Below are positions 27,816 to 41,070 of a stretch of DNA of 64,000 nucleotides, piece by piece. The first letter of the stretch is position 1, and each line of letters opens with the position of its first letter. The DNA is from Lama glama. Its lineage: Eukaryota. The translations under genes were made by a program, and so were the position numbers. The notes below the pieces were generated by a model. The model was not told where the DNA came from, searched no databases, and worked only from the letters and a program-made list of their open reading frames with translations. Location: contig CM052817.1 of the NCBI GenBank assembly GCA_028534125.1, positions 93,374,001 through 93,438,000 on the forward strand. Direction: 5' to 3'.

Positions 27816-30800
27816 CTGATTAAGTTTTCTGCAGAATCAAATTATTATTTCTTATTCGCAGTGTGGTTTTTATTTAAGCTATTATGTTTTTAACATTAGA
27901 GTCTCTCTTCTGCGTCCTGCTATTGTTTAATAAATTAACGTGCTGCACAACTTTATTGAGAGCATTGAGCAGATACTTTTTAAAATACCCTTTTATCAAT
28001 GAATTTTAAAACATGGTTAATTTCTCCTTCAAGTTTTTGCTTGTTTGTCACTTTCCCAACGAGACTGGCACTGATCGATCACCGACCGGACCAGGCTGGC
28101 CATAGATGGAGGAAACACACGACCAGAGGCAACAGGAATTAACAGTCAGCAGTTGCTGGATACTCATTTTTGAAAAAAGAAAAAGCTATTCAGGCTTAGG
28201 GTTATGAGACTAGGGTTTATGATGATGACAGATGCTTGCTTGCTTGCTTTGGGGAGGGGTGCTATGCACCAGGCACTATTTTAATTGCATTGCATGTATT
28301 ACTTTTTAAAAACCGCAATGTTAACCTTGTGAGGTCCTCTTACTCCCAATCATAGATGAGGATGGTGAGGTGCCCTCAGAACTCCAAGCGGTACCTCTGT
28401 TTCTAGACTTCCCAGTTAAAGCTGGTCCTGGAAGGACTGTTTTCCAGGAACATGGAGGTTATCCAATAAAAACCAATACTTTTCCTTGTATAATTCACTA
28501 GTTGGGCACTCTAAGTAATGAAAAATGACCTCCTTACCTCCCCCTGCCCACAGCCTCCCCCCACCCCCACCTCCCTGACCCTGTTCCTCTATTAAGTAAG
28601 TCACAGATGGAGACAGTTCTCGGGCTTCTACCCCTACGGACCTCACAGCTCATCACAGAATCCAAATTCTTCATTTTTGAGATGATAAAATTGAAGCACA
28701 CACAAAAAGCTACTTCTTGAAGCTACATGTTCAGTTAATGACAGAACTTGGACCACAATTTTACTTAGAAGTGACGTGACTTGGTTTCCAGTCCCAGCTA
28801 ACATGGGAGGTAATCTACATGGCCATCCTACTGCCTGCATTGGAGGCTCACACGTCAGCTTTATGCTCTGAATATTAATATGCATGACAAAAACAGGAGG
28901 AGAAAGGCTTTCCCAGAATAAGTATTCATCTGTTGTTACAAAATGTTGCTTGTCCTCCATTCTCAGCCTCTCCTCTAGTTTCAGAGTTGCCCAGGATTCT
29001 ATTCTTAAAACTAGTTCCAGAAGGAAAATCTCCTTACCCCTTGGAAACTCTTCAGTCATCCTTTCTGTCTCCATCTCTCTATGGGGAAGGCGTTAGGTGA
29101 AAAGCCTGAGAAACTTTCATTGCGGAATGGGCTTGTAGGGTGTAAAGAAGGAAAAACACTCTCCAGAATACACGTGTTCCCATTTTTTGTTCACTTTAGC
29201 TTTAAAACGCAGCAAGTTTTGCTGCCTCATCATTCTCCTGCTAGCTTTTTTGAACTCACAAACTTTTTTGAATTTACAAACACAATCTCTGAAAAAATGG
29301 TACAATTTCATAGCAAATACTATGGAAACAATTATGTGTGTTTTTCACCTTTTCTCCCCTCTGTGGAACCTTCACATAGCCTTTATTGTCTCAATATATT
29401 TTTCAAATGAACTTGGTGGGAAAGGTAACATCACTCGAATAGTATTTGTTTCAAGGACTAGGGGAAGTTGAAAGGAAGAAGAGATGGCATGAAACAAGAG
29501 GTAGGGAGAAAACGTTTTTTTTCCCTATTAAAGTATAAAGAGATCCTTTTATTAAAATCTATCTTATGAACCCATAATTTAAGCTCATCTCAGTGGCATT
29601 ATTATCATCCGTAGACAGATGAAGAAATTTGAAGTAACTCAACTCTTGGTGACAGTAATGAAACTGTAACCTCGTCCAGTGTTACAATCACAGGCTGATC
29701 CTTAAAGTGCGTTAAAAGCTATATCTTCTGGTCACAGAAGCAATTCATGCTTACCAGTACCACAGTTAAGTCTCAATAGCCGAGAAATTTAGTGTTAGTT
29801 GGCAGTCTGCCCAGCAAACAAGGAAACCCCAAAACTGATAGCGACTGTCTCTCCTATTTACCGTGGAGGTCCCTGGAAAATCTTCAGTTTGATTCTAGAT
29901 AAGAGAAACATAATCCCCACTATACACTATTTCTAAGTTTAAGATTGAAACTTTTAAAGCTGCTTTGAATTAGAGAGATTTCATCGATGTCGAGGAAGAT
30001 AAAAATAAAATTAAACTCAACTTTTCTACTCTGGTCTTTGACGGACGGATGAGGATTAGACCAAGTTTATTCTAGCACCTTAAATTTGTTCTTAATCAAT
30101 CTTTATATTAAGTTCTAAAGAAATGTGTTTGTTTACTTTCCAATGTACATGGGCGAACATCAGAAAGAAGTATGTATCTACAAGCAAATTTGGTCATTTC
30201 ATTTGCCTGTAATAATGTAATATGTATACAGTAACACTTAAATCAGATTCAGTTAAACCTTCATTCAATGATTTCAGTTAATTTTTAAACTTACTTTCTA
30301 TGTAAGATGGCAGCTGTCTCATGACGCAGCAAACTTACCAGTGCCTTAATTGCCTAATTTTTTTTCTATCAAATTCCAATGAGTTTGAGTACATTGATCA
30401 AGGCACCCAATGGATCACCCTCAAAATAGGCTGGGCCCACTGTTAGAAGCAGCCAACCCCTTTGTAGCACTGCCTTGAGAAAAACAATTTGCTTATATTG
30501 GTATTAAAAGTAATTAAGTGGAGCAAATAATTGTGTCTGTTCTCTTCTTTCCTCACTCTTACTCTACATCTTTTTAGCTCTGACCTCATCCTTTTCTTCT
30601 GCCTTCTTAAAATCTTTTACCATATGACTTCGTGTATTTTCTAGTTTTCCCTATCTTCCACTAATAAAACTATATTTGTCTTCCTTTTCCTGACTCCATT
30701 CCTTATCTACTGAAGTCTTACTGCAAACAAATTCTTCAAACACACTTTTACTATGAGCCAGCCATGCTATTTCACAGAACAGCAGGCATCAGTGAATTTC

Positions 30801-32235
30801 ACTTAACGGACTAGGGTGGAGAATCCTAGGCTAAAGCCAATACAATACATTGGGGGAATACATTGTTAAGGGGCAGCAACTTTCTGTAGTTCCTCAAGGG
30901 GGGTACCTCCGGCCCAGCACACTCATATATATCAAGTGGAACTGACAATGTGCAAACAGAAAAACAAAGCCAAACCTCAATGGGAACAGTTGAGAATAGT
31001 GACCTTCCAGAGATCATTCAGCCTGTGTTAGCTGGGGCAGGAACAGTGAGTTCTGACCTGCTTCTTCAGGGACCCCTCAAAAACCTAACGATAGGAAAAT
31101 GGTCAGTTTGGTCATCGGAAATTGAGGAGCCTGGTTGGGGATGGTGACCAGACCTCTTCACTGACATGCCTGGAGACTACTGCCTCTCAGTTCCTAATAA
31201 GAGTAAATTCAGAGAATACCAGGGGCTTCAGATGGGTAAGACCATCCCGGGCAAGAAATACCAAAAACTGGAGGGAAGACAATAGGACACCAGTGTTGGA
31301 AAGAGTCCAACGCGCACACCATCTCCACGTACAAACACTATTGTGCAGTCTTGTTGGCTGAAGTTGAAACTGAGCTCAAAACCTGGAGGAGTTTCCAAAA
31401 AAAATACAGACTCTGACTCCACCTTTAGAAAGTGTTACATGCACATAAGCCACTATAAATGACAAAGGAAGTGGTGATCAGTGTCAAGGGTGATGCGTGT
31501 GGCTGCAGATGAAGCTGAAAAAGCAGACTTACTATCTTGTGTATCTTGGCTGAGGGCTTTTGCACATTTATTTTCATGTTCATGCTCATTTTGGGGTGGA
31601 GACAGGAAGAAATATAAAGATGAAGGCAGGAAAAGAGCATAATCAGATGAGAATTGTAGAAGGGATGAGGTGAAAATAATGCTGAGATTTCCAGCTTGGG
31701 CTACAGTTAGGGTACCTGATGGTTCTTAGTTTAACCAAGAAAGGACCAGCACCAAAAGGCAGAGCTTTCAGGGGAAGACCTAAGTTCAGTTTGGGTAGTT
31801 ATAATTTTAGGTAATTGTGAAAGTAAGTGTGTGTCCACTTACGCAAGCTTAAAAAGAATCTGTTGATGAACGTAATGAGAGATCAGGTATTTTGTCACTC
31901 CTTTTTCCCCTTCCCACACATTCTGTACCAGCTTCACAAATCGGTGCCTATATAGGTCATGCCCTGGGTGTAAAATGCCACAGGGTTAGCAAAGGTTGGC
32001 AAGAGGGGGTGGGGGAAATCAGGGTGGCTGACTGCATGCGGATCGGAGCACAGCGCATGGAGGTGGAGGCTGTGTGTGTGCAGGAGTGGCTGTTCCTTTG
32101 GATGAAGAACACACACCTGCCTACAGAGGTGCGTGTTAGAAAAAATGTTCACTTTGGGAAAAGTGGATGAATTCATATACAGGGTCCTTTGTGTATTTCT
32201 CTGGAAAATGCTTGCTTGTTTTTGTTGTCCCAAAT

Positions 32236-32554
32236 CAGCATTTTCTCAACTATGTTGCTGTTTTTCTTGACACACAGTGGCTGATGCGCTGTTAATAGGG
32301 GCTCCATGAAGAAAGCTTCTTGTGTTCAAATTAATTTGGGAAAAGCTCTAGGCCATGCTTCCTTGGAAGGTCCCACAAGGCCTGGAGGACTAATGGAGGC
32401 TCTAAGAAGTTCCACAATAAGGTAACCCATTTCACTTTTTTCTTAAATATAGCATTTTCCAATTTACTTGACATAAAGCTTCTTTATTCAAAGAAATCAT
32501 ACTAAAAGCTGAAGGGTTACCAATGTTCCAAATAACACTGCTTGGAAAAAGCTG
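32236..32554 (+). mobile_element. hAT-Charlie family non-autonomous element
   Basis: cagcattttctcaact...ggctctaagaagttccacaataaggtaacccattt...agcattttccaatttacttgac...cactgcttggaaaaagctg, with imperfect cagc...gctg terminal inverted repeats. Confidence 0.55.
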
Positions 32555-33239
32555 ATATAAATGTGTCCACAGAAGCAGAAATACAGGGTAATAATGATGA
32601 AAGTGACTTTGGTAAATATGAGCAAATCCAATACAAAATTTTCAGGTCAATTCTAATTCCTTGCAGGCCTAATCATTCCTGCAAATTATCTTCAAAGCTA
32701 AATTAGCTCTCCAACTTCTTAAGCAGGTAGGTCTTTGTGTACAGATATTAACTTTATGTGATTTGCATTTTAAAAGAGGAAAGATCTCAGGCTTTTCTAT
32801 ACAAACGGAGGAGCTATTGAAGTGTACTCTGAGTACGTGTTGTCCCTTCAGCGGCTGAAAACTCTAATTTGCAATCTGACAAATACGACATCTTCTGAAT
32901 AATGCAGACTAAAGAAGTGCTAATTGGTTTCCATGGCCGTACCTCCAGCCTCATGAAAATGGATCAGGAACATAAAGAAAAATGCAGAATATACTACTGC
33001 AGAGCCATTTAAATTCTAAATGAAAGACAGTCTAGTTGGATGAAATGGGAAATAATAATACTGATGGCGATGATAATTTTAATAATAGGTGACAAGCCGG
33101 ATGGGCACCTGCTTTGCATCAGATACTGTTTGCAGACAAGTTGGGTCTAATTCGTCTAATTCTCACTTGGGAACAACAAAAATCAACATCAAATGACCTA
33201 AGGCCAGAGGAGCTAATCAATAAAAGGAAAAAATAGTAA

Positions 33240-33470
33240 CAACTACAGTTAACGTTCACGGAGCACTTACTATTTGTCAGGAACTGTTATAAACATCTCA
33301 CATTAGTGACTCATGTGCCAAGGCTGTAAGATGGCTCCACTGTCACCCCCATTTCACAGATAAGAAGCTGGAGTCTCAGAGTAACCAGCCATCCTGCGAG
33401 GCAATAGAAGGGCCCGGCTTCGAGCTCAGCCATGTCTCTAAATCTCATACTCTTTCTACTCCTCTACTGT
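33240..33470 (-). mobile_element. MIR SINE
   Basis: gagcacttactatttgtcaggaactgtt...cccatttcacagataagaagctggagtctcagag. Confidence 0.75.
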
Positions 33471-34911
33471 CCCAATCCCATGATTTCTGCATACTTTGCA
33501 TTCTCTGATTTTATCATAAATTGATATCATTTAACAGTTATTATCAAGTGGCTCACGGTAGAGCTTTCTGACAATTTTAGGCAGTCTTGTTCCTAAATGA
33601 CATTAACACAGTTACGTAGAAGAACGGAATCAGTTTCAGAAGCAAATGCCCCCGCTTCTGTTTTTGATGTCTCTCTTCCTTCTCACAGTCCAGCCCTGAG
33701 AAACTTCACTCGAATTTATTTCTGTAGACACTTTGATAGATTCAGCAATAAAATGCATCAGTAAACTCTAAAAGCAACTGCTACTCTGTGTTACTTTTAT
33801 GAATTTCTGTCCTGATTTCAATGCTATGATGCTAAAATTTCAAGTCAAAACAAATTTTATATTTGCCCCCAACTCGACTGGAATGCTGCCTGTTTGAACC
33901 ACACAAATCCTTTCCATATGCCTCTTGCTGGTATCTGCCACCTGATAAGAATGCAAATCTGATGTAGCCTGAGTAAAGCCAGAACTTAGGTTTCAAGGGA
34001 GCATGCATTCCTCAGATAAAAGAAATGTTATGTCCCAGATCAAAGGTTAAATCAACCCCTCTATCACTGACCAATCTGAAGAATTGTGGATGTCATATTT
34101 TAAGAAAGAATTTCAACAAACTAAGTCAGCAAACTAAGCAAAGCATTAAGGTATGGTTGAAGGAATCAGTAAGTTTAATGCAAGAAGCAACGAAAACAAT
34201 CTTTATTAGTGTTTTTCTCTAATGCATGGAATGCATGGAACCTCACTGCATGTATTAACTGCCCAGAATCACCCCGGGAGGGAGGCTGTTACTACTTCCC
34301 TTAACAGATGTTAGAGAACAGACAACGTGCCTGGGGTGACAGAGCTGAGACTTGAACCCAAGTCTGGTAGGAAAGTCTGCTGCACTTTGCACTACATCAC
34401 ATTCCTTTCTGAGAAAAAAAAGGAGAGAAGATTCAAAGTTGGGCGAAAAAGCTGTTTTCAAAGGTGATTATAGAGAAAGTCATGAGACTTATTCTACTTA
34501 ACTCCATGAAGGAGAGCCAGGAACATGGCAAGGAGATGAAATGTGCGACAAAATAGGAACATTTTTCTAACATTGATCTGTCTAAAAATGGGACCAATGT
34601 ATGTAGCCTCTTGAATTTGAGTTCCAGGTCAGTAAGGGGCTCCAAGAAGTTGATGTGCCAAGATCTCTTCCAGTCTTCAAAATTATTTAACTCTAAGATT
34701 CTAAATAAAATATACCTTATCAAGGACCCTCCTTCTCTCCCAATGTCCATCCTGCCCCAGCTGTGGGAGTTTAGGAAGTCATACTGTCCCTCATTTTTAT
34801 TATTGGTAAAACAGGAATACTACCAACTTTCCAGGCAGGGTTATGAGAAGATGCAAGAAGATGAGACATTTGAAGCGTTTAAACATCATAAACCTCAGTA
34901 GTGTTAGTTAC

Positions 34912-35103
34912 CTCTTCCGACATGTTTACAAGGTCCAAGTCAGTGTCAGAATCAGAGGAGCTGTCCTGGAGGGGCTTCCTGTCTTCATTTGAATCCGGCC
35001 AAAAGCAGAGTGGGAAAAGCATTCCAAGGAGACGAGGCTCTCCCCATGTGCGTGCGTCTGGATCGAGCATGAGTGCGTGTTTGCTACTGAGGTGCATGCT
35101 TTC
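34912..35103 (-). other. Candidate exon with a 62-codon ORF ending at a GT donor (possible alternative first exon)
   Basis: An ATG at 35097 reads open to GAG|GTAACT at 34912/34911, encoding MHLSSKHALM...NEDRKPLQDSSSDSDTDLDLVNMSEE. The sequence is non-repetitive and retains CpGs. The acceptor is weak. Confidence 0.3.
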
Positions 35104-36026
35104 CTGTCGTTCTCTCCCAAAGCGGGGGAAAGGCAGAGGTCTTGGGCATGGCTTTCAGGGTTTAGGATGGGCACTTTTAGGAGATTCTAGGCAAAAGCAT
35201 CACTTAAGTTAGCTTTTACATGCCTTCCCATCCTCTAACTTTCCCATTAGTGCATTTAATAAAGTTTAATGCTATTCTGCTTTATAACGAATCATTGATA
35301 TGCCACTGTCTCTCAAAGCAAGTTTTTGACCACTAAGCAATGCCTACTGCCCTTCTTTAGTGTACAAACTGTTTTTGACACAAATAAGACTTCGTGTTGG
35401 GGACCCATCAGAACTTTTTGCTGTAATTCTACTTTCTGGTACCTAGAAAAACTAACTAGAAGTAACTTTTAAGAGAACAAAACATATTCAAAAGATACAT
35501 CACTCTAAAGATGCCTGGATGTGATTTTTTAAATCATCTCTGAAGTTCAAGTAAATGCTGATAAGAAAAGATGTTACAGAAGTACTCATCACACATGCAG
35601 TTTTAAAGACTGTATCTGATGCTTAAAGTAAGAAGATTTGCATAACCATTCTTTGCATGTAGAGAAGAGTAATGAGGGAAAATTAAAAAGGAATATTTAA
35701 TCCCATTTGAAATAAAAAATAAATTTATCATTTAAAACTCTATTGTCAATCTATGGCCAAGGTTGATCTCAGGGTACCCTGGGGGTTCTGATGCATTCAC
35801 GCATTTCAGGAACAAACTTATTCTGATCCACTGCCCTGTGGCTTACAGAACATGCTCAGCTCCCAATCTGTGAGTTGCTAGTGACAAGTTCATCTTTCCA
35901 TCACTCTGAGTATGCTTTCTCCTTAACACTGCTTCCAGCTCTTAAGAACATGCCTTTGGGAGATTAAGTTAAAACATGTGATTTTTGTTGTTGTTGTCTT
36001 TGAATTTTAGAAACAAAATTGAAGTC

Positions 36027-36057
<31 letters not shown>
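36027..36057. repeat. (TG)n microsatellite, interrupted
   Basis: tgtgtgtgtgtgtgtttgtgtgtgtgtgtg. Confidence 0.9.
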
Positions 36058-37975
36058 TTCAGGAGGTTAAATTAAGCAAAATACCAAAAAAAAAAAAAGA
36101 CTTCATACTCGGATATTACCTTCCCCAAGCACATGCATTTGACAACAATGGAAAACAAGTAGCCATGGTTTGTGAGAAAGCAAAGTCGTCCTAAAATAAT
36201 ATAGATGCACATATCCATCCACACAATCTATGAGATATTTGCATGGGTATATGCACATATAAATGTCATGTGAAATAGGGAAAATGTAAAAACAAACAGT
36301 AGAAGTTCACTGTTACCTTCTTTCATAGCTCCTCCGTACAGGTGTATATTCTAAACCGTAGCACTACCTGTGTATGTAGGCTCATGTTGTGTGTTACATG
36401 ACAGCACTATGCTAAGTGTAGCAGAAGTAACAAATGAAAAGGAAACATACATTCTCTTTTTATGGATACATTCTTCCACATCTGCATTCAAAAACAATTT
36501 GTCACATCCACTATGATAAAATTACATAAATGTCTGCTTAATTTGGGAGGGGGTTACATGTAGAAGATTACAAAAGAAATAATAGAGCAGACATTAAGAT
36601 GAGCTGCAAGTTTCTGTGACAAGGTAATGCGGTCTACACGGAAATACATGTGAATTCTAAGTAAGGTTTTCAGCTTTTCAAGAAACTTAGAATCTATCAC
36701 TCACTAAGAGTCTGAAAGTTCCTTGTCTCAGATAGACTTTAATGCTTAGACTGCATTATAGTCACTAATTTAGGTGGATTCCACTTGGAAATAAATGGCA
36801 CCAGGTTTTTCTATTGAGCACCCATACAAATATTTTAAAAATTCATCATCATGAACCAAATCCCAACGAAGATTTATTGAACCTCCACTATGTTACAGGC
36901 ATATAAAATTGAATTTTAAAATTAAAGCATTAAGAAAAATTGAAGTCTCTAAAACTCTCCAAAAGACAGAATAAGAGAAGAAAGCAAAGATTCTATTAGA
37001 TCATTAACTTTCTACGAGGCAGGAAAAAAGATGCAGAACAAGCTCAGACCAAAACGAATTCTAACCCTGCCTGTACGACTGGCAGCTGTGGAAGTGGCTA
37101 TAAAACGGAGATGATAACGCCGCGTGGGTTAAATAAGATAGTGCGAGAGAAACACCCAGCATGTCCCTTGCATGTTAGCAAATGCTCAACAAATCATGAG
37201 ATTTTTTTCATTAAGTGTTATTAGTAATACCAACTGCAAAATATGAACTCTGCTGCTATTTTAAAAGTTTTGTAAAGAAACTCTCACTGCAGTTAGCACA
37301 TGAAAAATTCATGATAGATACTTGCTGACTGAACAAGCGCCAAATGAAAGTTGAACTGTGAGGCACCAGCTCTCAGACAGGGTCAGAACACTTCCATCTG
37401 CCCCAGTTCTTCTGAGAAGGATTTCCCAAGAAAGAATTTTTATCCCCTGGCCATTCTTTCTACCTTTGTGATTGTTAGATTACTTCACTAACAACATAAT
37501 TTTCCCCGTTTCTCCATTCTGTTGTTAAATCATAAGACTATGATGTTCCAAATTTCTGCTTGTCATGGTTTCAAGAGACTCAGATCAGGTTGGTAGAGCA
37601 AATAGCTGTTAGGTGTGTGGGCAGAAAACCAAGTTCAGGCCCATGGTTCTGGGATGAGGATAGATTCCACAGGTTTCCTGAGCTCAGTCTCCCTTCCCCC
37701 TGAACAGAGCAGGCCGCTTCTCAGTTTCTGCCATCACAACTCACATTTCTGAGTTCTCCAGGACCTGTTAACACTCATTAGGTCTTCATTTACTGTAAAA
37801 CGAGGCACTGCGGTGAAACAGATGTGGGAGACACCTTGAACAAGTGGTCCCGGACCTGAGTCCTTGCTTTGTTCTGCTATTACAGTCACGTGATATGTGA
37901 CCTGCTTTAACTCGATCTCAGTTCTCTCCTTTGTCAAAGGAGACAAGAAGTGGGTCATTAAGAGTCCAGGCTTAT

Positions 37976-38129
37976 GAGGATGGGTATAGCTCAGAGGTAG
38001 AGCACGTGCTTATTAGCATGCACAAGGTCCTGGGTTCAATCCCCCGTACCTCAATTTAAAAAACGAAAAAAATGAAACGAAACAGAAAAACAAAAGCTAG
38101 TCATACACACAAAATAACTTAAAAAAAAA
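37976..38129 (+). mobile_element. tRNA-Ala-derived SINE (camelid vic-1-like) with TSD, inserted at the start of a MIR
   Basis: gggtatagctcagaggtagagcacgtgct(tat)tagcatgcacaaggtcctgggttcaatcccccgtacctc is a tRNA-Ala(AGC)-like head with A and B boxes, followed by an A-rich tail. The TSD is aagagtccaggctt (37960-37973) / aagagcacaggctt (38130-38143). Confidence 0.9.
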
Positions 38130-38360
38130 AAGAGCACAGGCTTTGTAGTCCAAAATGTGGGGCTTCACACCTTGGCTTTGGGGCTTAAGAGCATTGTAGT
38201 TTTGTGCAAATTACTTACCTGCTTTTCTAGACCTCAGCTTCTCAGTTTATAAAATGACAAAAATTAATAACATCATAGGCTAATTAGATAAGGGTCAATG
38301 AAACAGCATCTCTGATATACTTATCAGAGCATAAGGCACATAGTATCTCATAGTAGCTTC
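38130..38360 (+). mobile_element. MIR SINE
   Basis: gagcacaggctttgtagtcc...gtgcaaattacttacctgct...cctcagcttctcagtttataaaatg...ggcacatagta. Confidence 0.7.
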
Positions 38361-39917
38361 CTCTTCTTATTATCATTGCTATTTTGAGGGTACCCAGTGT
38401 CTTTCATGCCTACAATTGTAATCCTCCATGCAAGAACCTCAGCTGGTTTACACTACAGTGTGGAAGGCAGGACTATATGGCAATGAACTACAGAACAAAA
38501 CCAGAAAGCAGGGTTCCAGATCTAAAAGAAGTCAGAGGAGACGGGAACTACCACACGTAAACCAGCAAAACAAAGTAGATGTAACATACAGGTAAAAGGG
38601 TTACCAAGACACCAAGTCCAGTTCGGGTGCCGGAACACCTAGACAGAGATGCAGTGACTGTGCCTCCAAACGAGGATGAGTTACGTGAGTAGAAAGCACT
38701 TACTGTACTGGAGGCATTCTCCCCAAGATATGCAAATGAATTTTACTGTGTAATTCAAAAATGCATCATATCACATTTCATGAAACTTGAGTCTAAACCT
38801 ATAAATAAGATACACACTTCTTGCCCTTTTCAGTTTTCTATGGAAAAAGAAATTCAGTGCAAAATTCAAAAATTCTAGTTCACATATGACACAGTGGCCA
38901 GATTAAACTACGGTGTTTCATGGCAGTAGTCTGAGAGTTTGAAATCTGAATTGGCTGATGAAAGGCAACTCAAAAGGACAGTGAACACAAACAAAACTGT
39001 ATGGATTTTGGGAGCTCACCAAGAAAGAATGGTGCTAACAAACAGACTCTTATTCCTGCGAATTTGTTTTACAGAAATCTGAAAATTCTCTCTTTAAAAA
39101 TAATGACTGGAATGTAAAAGCAATACAAGTTAGATATTTGCAGTGCAAAGGAATATTAAAAACAAAACTAAACTAACAACCAAAAAAATGCTTCTTATCC
39201 CTGACCTAATGTTCCTCCAGCTCGGTACCTCAGAGGCCGACAAGTCAGTGGAAAGAAGATAAATTACAGCAGATGTAAAAACATAAAGTGCCAGAAGTCA
39301 AAGGTTATGATAAGTCTATAATGCATTTGGGTCATAGGAAGAGAAATCCACAGATTTAGCAAAATACAAAAAGGGAAAAAAATAACAACCTAGCCATTTC
39401 AAAATTGGTTTTCAAAAATTATTTTTTCTAGAAAACGCAATTCTGTTGTTGAATTTGTTTTCCATTTATACATCAAACTTAAATACATCAGAAGCAGAAG
39501 TATTAAAATCAAAAGTGGCAATGTGCCTCGATTTCCTCTAAATCTGAGATTATTATATTCCTTTTTCCTTCTAAGTGTGGTACTCTAAACTAGATCCTTC
39601 TGTCCCTAGCCTCTCTCTGAGGTGTTGTGTGTGTTCACTGATTTTCAGTTCACTAAGAATTTCTGGGCCCCTGATTTCGGTTTCAAAGCTAGTGTCTAAA
39701 TGTTGTGGATCTATGCCGCCGATGTTAACGACAGTTCTGATGCAATCGATTACACAGTTTGTGACCAGCCAGGTGAGAAATAAAGTGTCTCGTGTCACGC
39801 ACAGAAAACATGGGGCTGCTGGGGGTTCTCAGCAAGCTCGATGTCTGACATCTCCTATCAGGCATCCAGGGGCGCTTGGGTCAAATCTAACCACCATGCT
39901 GGGTGGGTAATAGATAC

Positions 39918-39978
39918 CTTCCAGGACGTCAGTGACAGTGATGAACAGGCATTTTAGCTGGCCCTTACACACTTCAAA
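39918..39978 (-). other. Candidate 61-bp exon (possibly an INPP4B 5' UTR exon)
   Basis: gctgtggttattttcAG|tttgaagtgtgtaagggcc...gtcctggaag|GTatct. Unique sequence on the same strand as INPP4B. The gene assignment is inference. Confidence 0.4.
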
Positions 39979-40155
39979 CTGAAAATAACCACAGCAAAAC
40001 TTTATTGGAAATAACACCACAAAACTATAAAGATTTTTAAGTGTCTTCCCAAATAAAATACAAGAAAAAAAATAACATGTTTAAGAGACACAGCCAAAAG
40101 GAAGCCAAAAAGAAGACGAAAAGAAAAAGCCTCATTAGAATCCATCAGCACTTAC

Positions 40156-40292
40156 TTTTCTGCATGAATATGAATTACTTGAAATTATTTTATACCATCT
40201 CTTAAGTTAAAATGCAAAACTGTAAGGATCAGGAAAATCAGCAAAGAACACAGCCAGCAGTACACATTCCAGTACGAGCCATGGCATCTATA
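40156..40292 (-). other. Candidate 137-bp non-coding exon
   Basis: ggtttatttcAG|tatagatgcc...gcagaaaa|GTAAGT. All three frames contain stops. A 177-bp pyrimidine-rich intron separates it from the 61-bp candidate. Confidence 0.3.
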
Positions 40293-40924
40293 CTGAAATA
40301 AACCGAGTACAGGTGGGTCCTTGGGGGCTGGGGCAGAGGGCAAACAAACCCGAGACACGTCGTCTGTTCCCTGAGAGTGGTCCCTTTGTTTTACCAAAAG
40401 AAGAGCATCTCAAAATGTTCAAGTACTGTTCTATACGATTTGATGCTCCCGTATACTACATAAACATTGTACGGCAGCGTTCTCCACGTACACCTAATTT
40501 TAAAGTTATTATACACTTAGAAAATAACATGCTAATTTTTCAAACTTACAATGAAGTTAAAAAGAAATGATCATTTTACTTAATATTCTTCTTAGTGTCA
40601 AAACACCATGCAACTTCCTAGAGATCGGTGTGTACAAACAAATTGTACTAACACTCAAAACCATCTCTGATCTGTTGCCTGTTGCAATATAAGTCTGTTT
40701 CAACTTTGCTTTAAACTTAATAGTATAGCAACAAAATAAGCTTAAAAAACGACAATCAACTTACCCTTTATTATAAATCTGCAATGTTGCCTCTAGTAAA
40801 CATACTTCAAACCCAGAAACTCACTTGATTTAAAAAGTAGCATTTTGATAAGTAACAGAAATGCTATTTAATAACATGCTCATGATTTCTATTTACTTTC
40901 TTACTTTCAAGGAGCTTCATCACT

Positions 40925-41070
40925 TTAATTTTTTAGGAAAGTGTAGTTACTTGCAATATTATGTTAGCTTCAGATGTACAACATAGTGATTTGAAATTTT
41001 TATAGATTGTGCACCATAGAAAGTTATAATGTTACCGACTATGTCCCCTGTGCTGTATATTACAGCCCTG
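40925..41070 (-). mobile_element. L1 3' end truncated by the assembly gap
   Basis: aagtgtagttacttgcaatattatgttagcttcagatgtacaacatagtgatt...cctgtgctgtatattaca. Confidence 0.8.

Noticed and set aside
34879..34923. MSEEVT resembles the CLEC12A/B N-terminus (MSEEVTYA)
   Set aside because: Similarity stops after 6 residues, the ITIM tyrosine is absent, and no C-type lectin exons are seen nearby.
37982..38053. Functional tRNA-Ala gene
   Set aside because: It has an extra 3 nt at the anticodon loop, a long A-rich tail and a TSD, so it is a SINE copy.
39571..39910. Overlapping 75-aa (-) and 111-aa (+) ORFs
   Set aside because: No recognisable homology and no convincing bounding splice sites, so probably chance ORFs.
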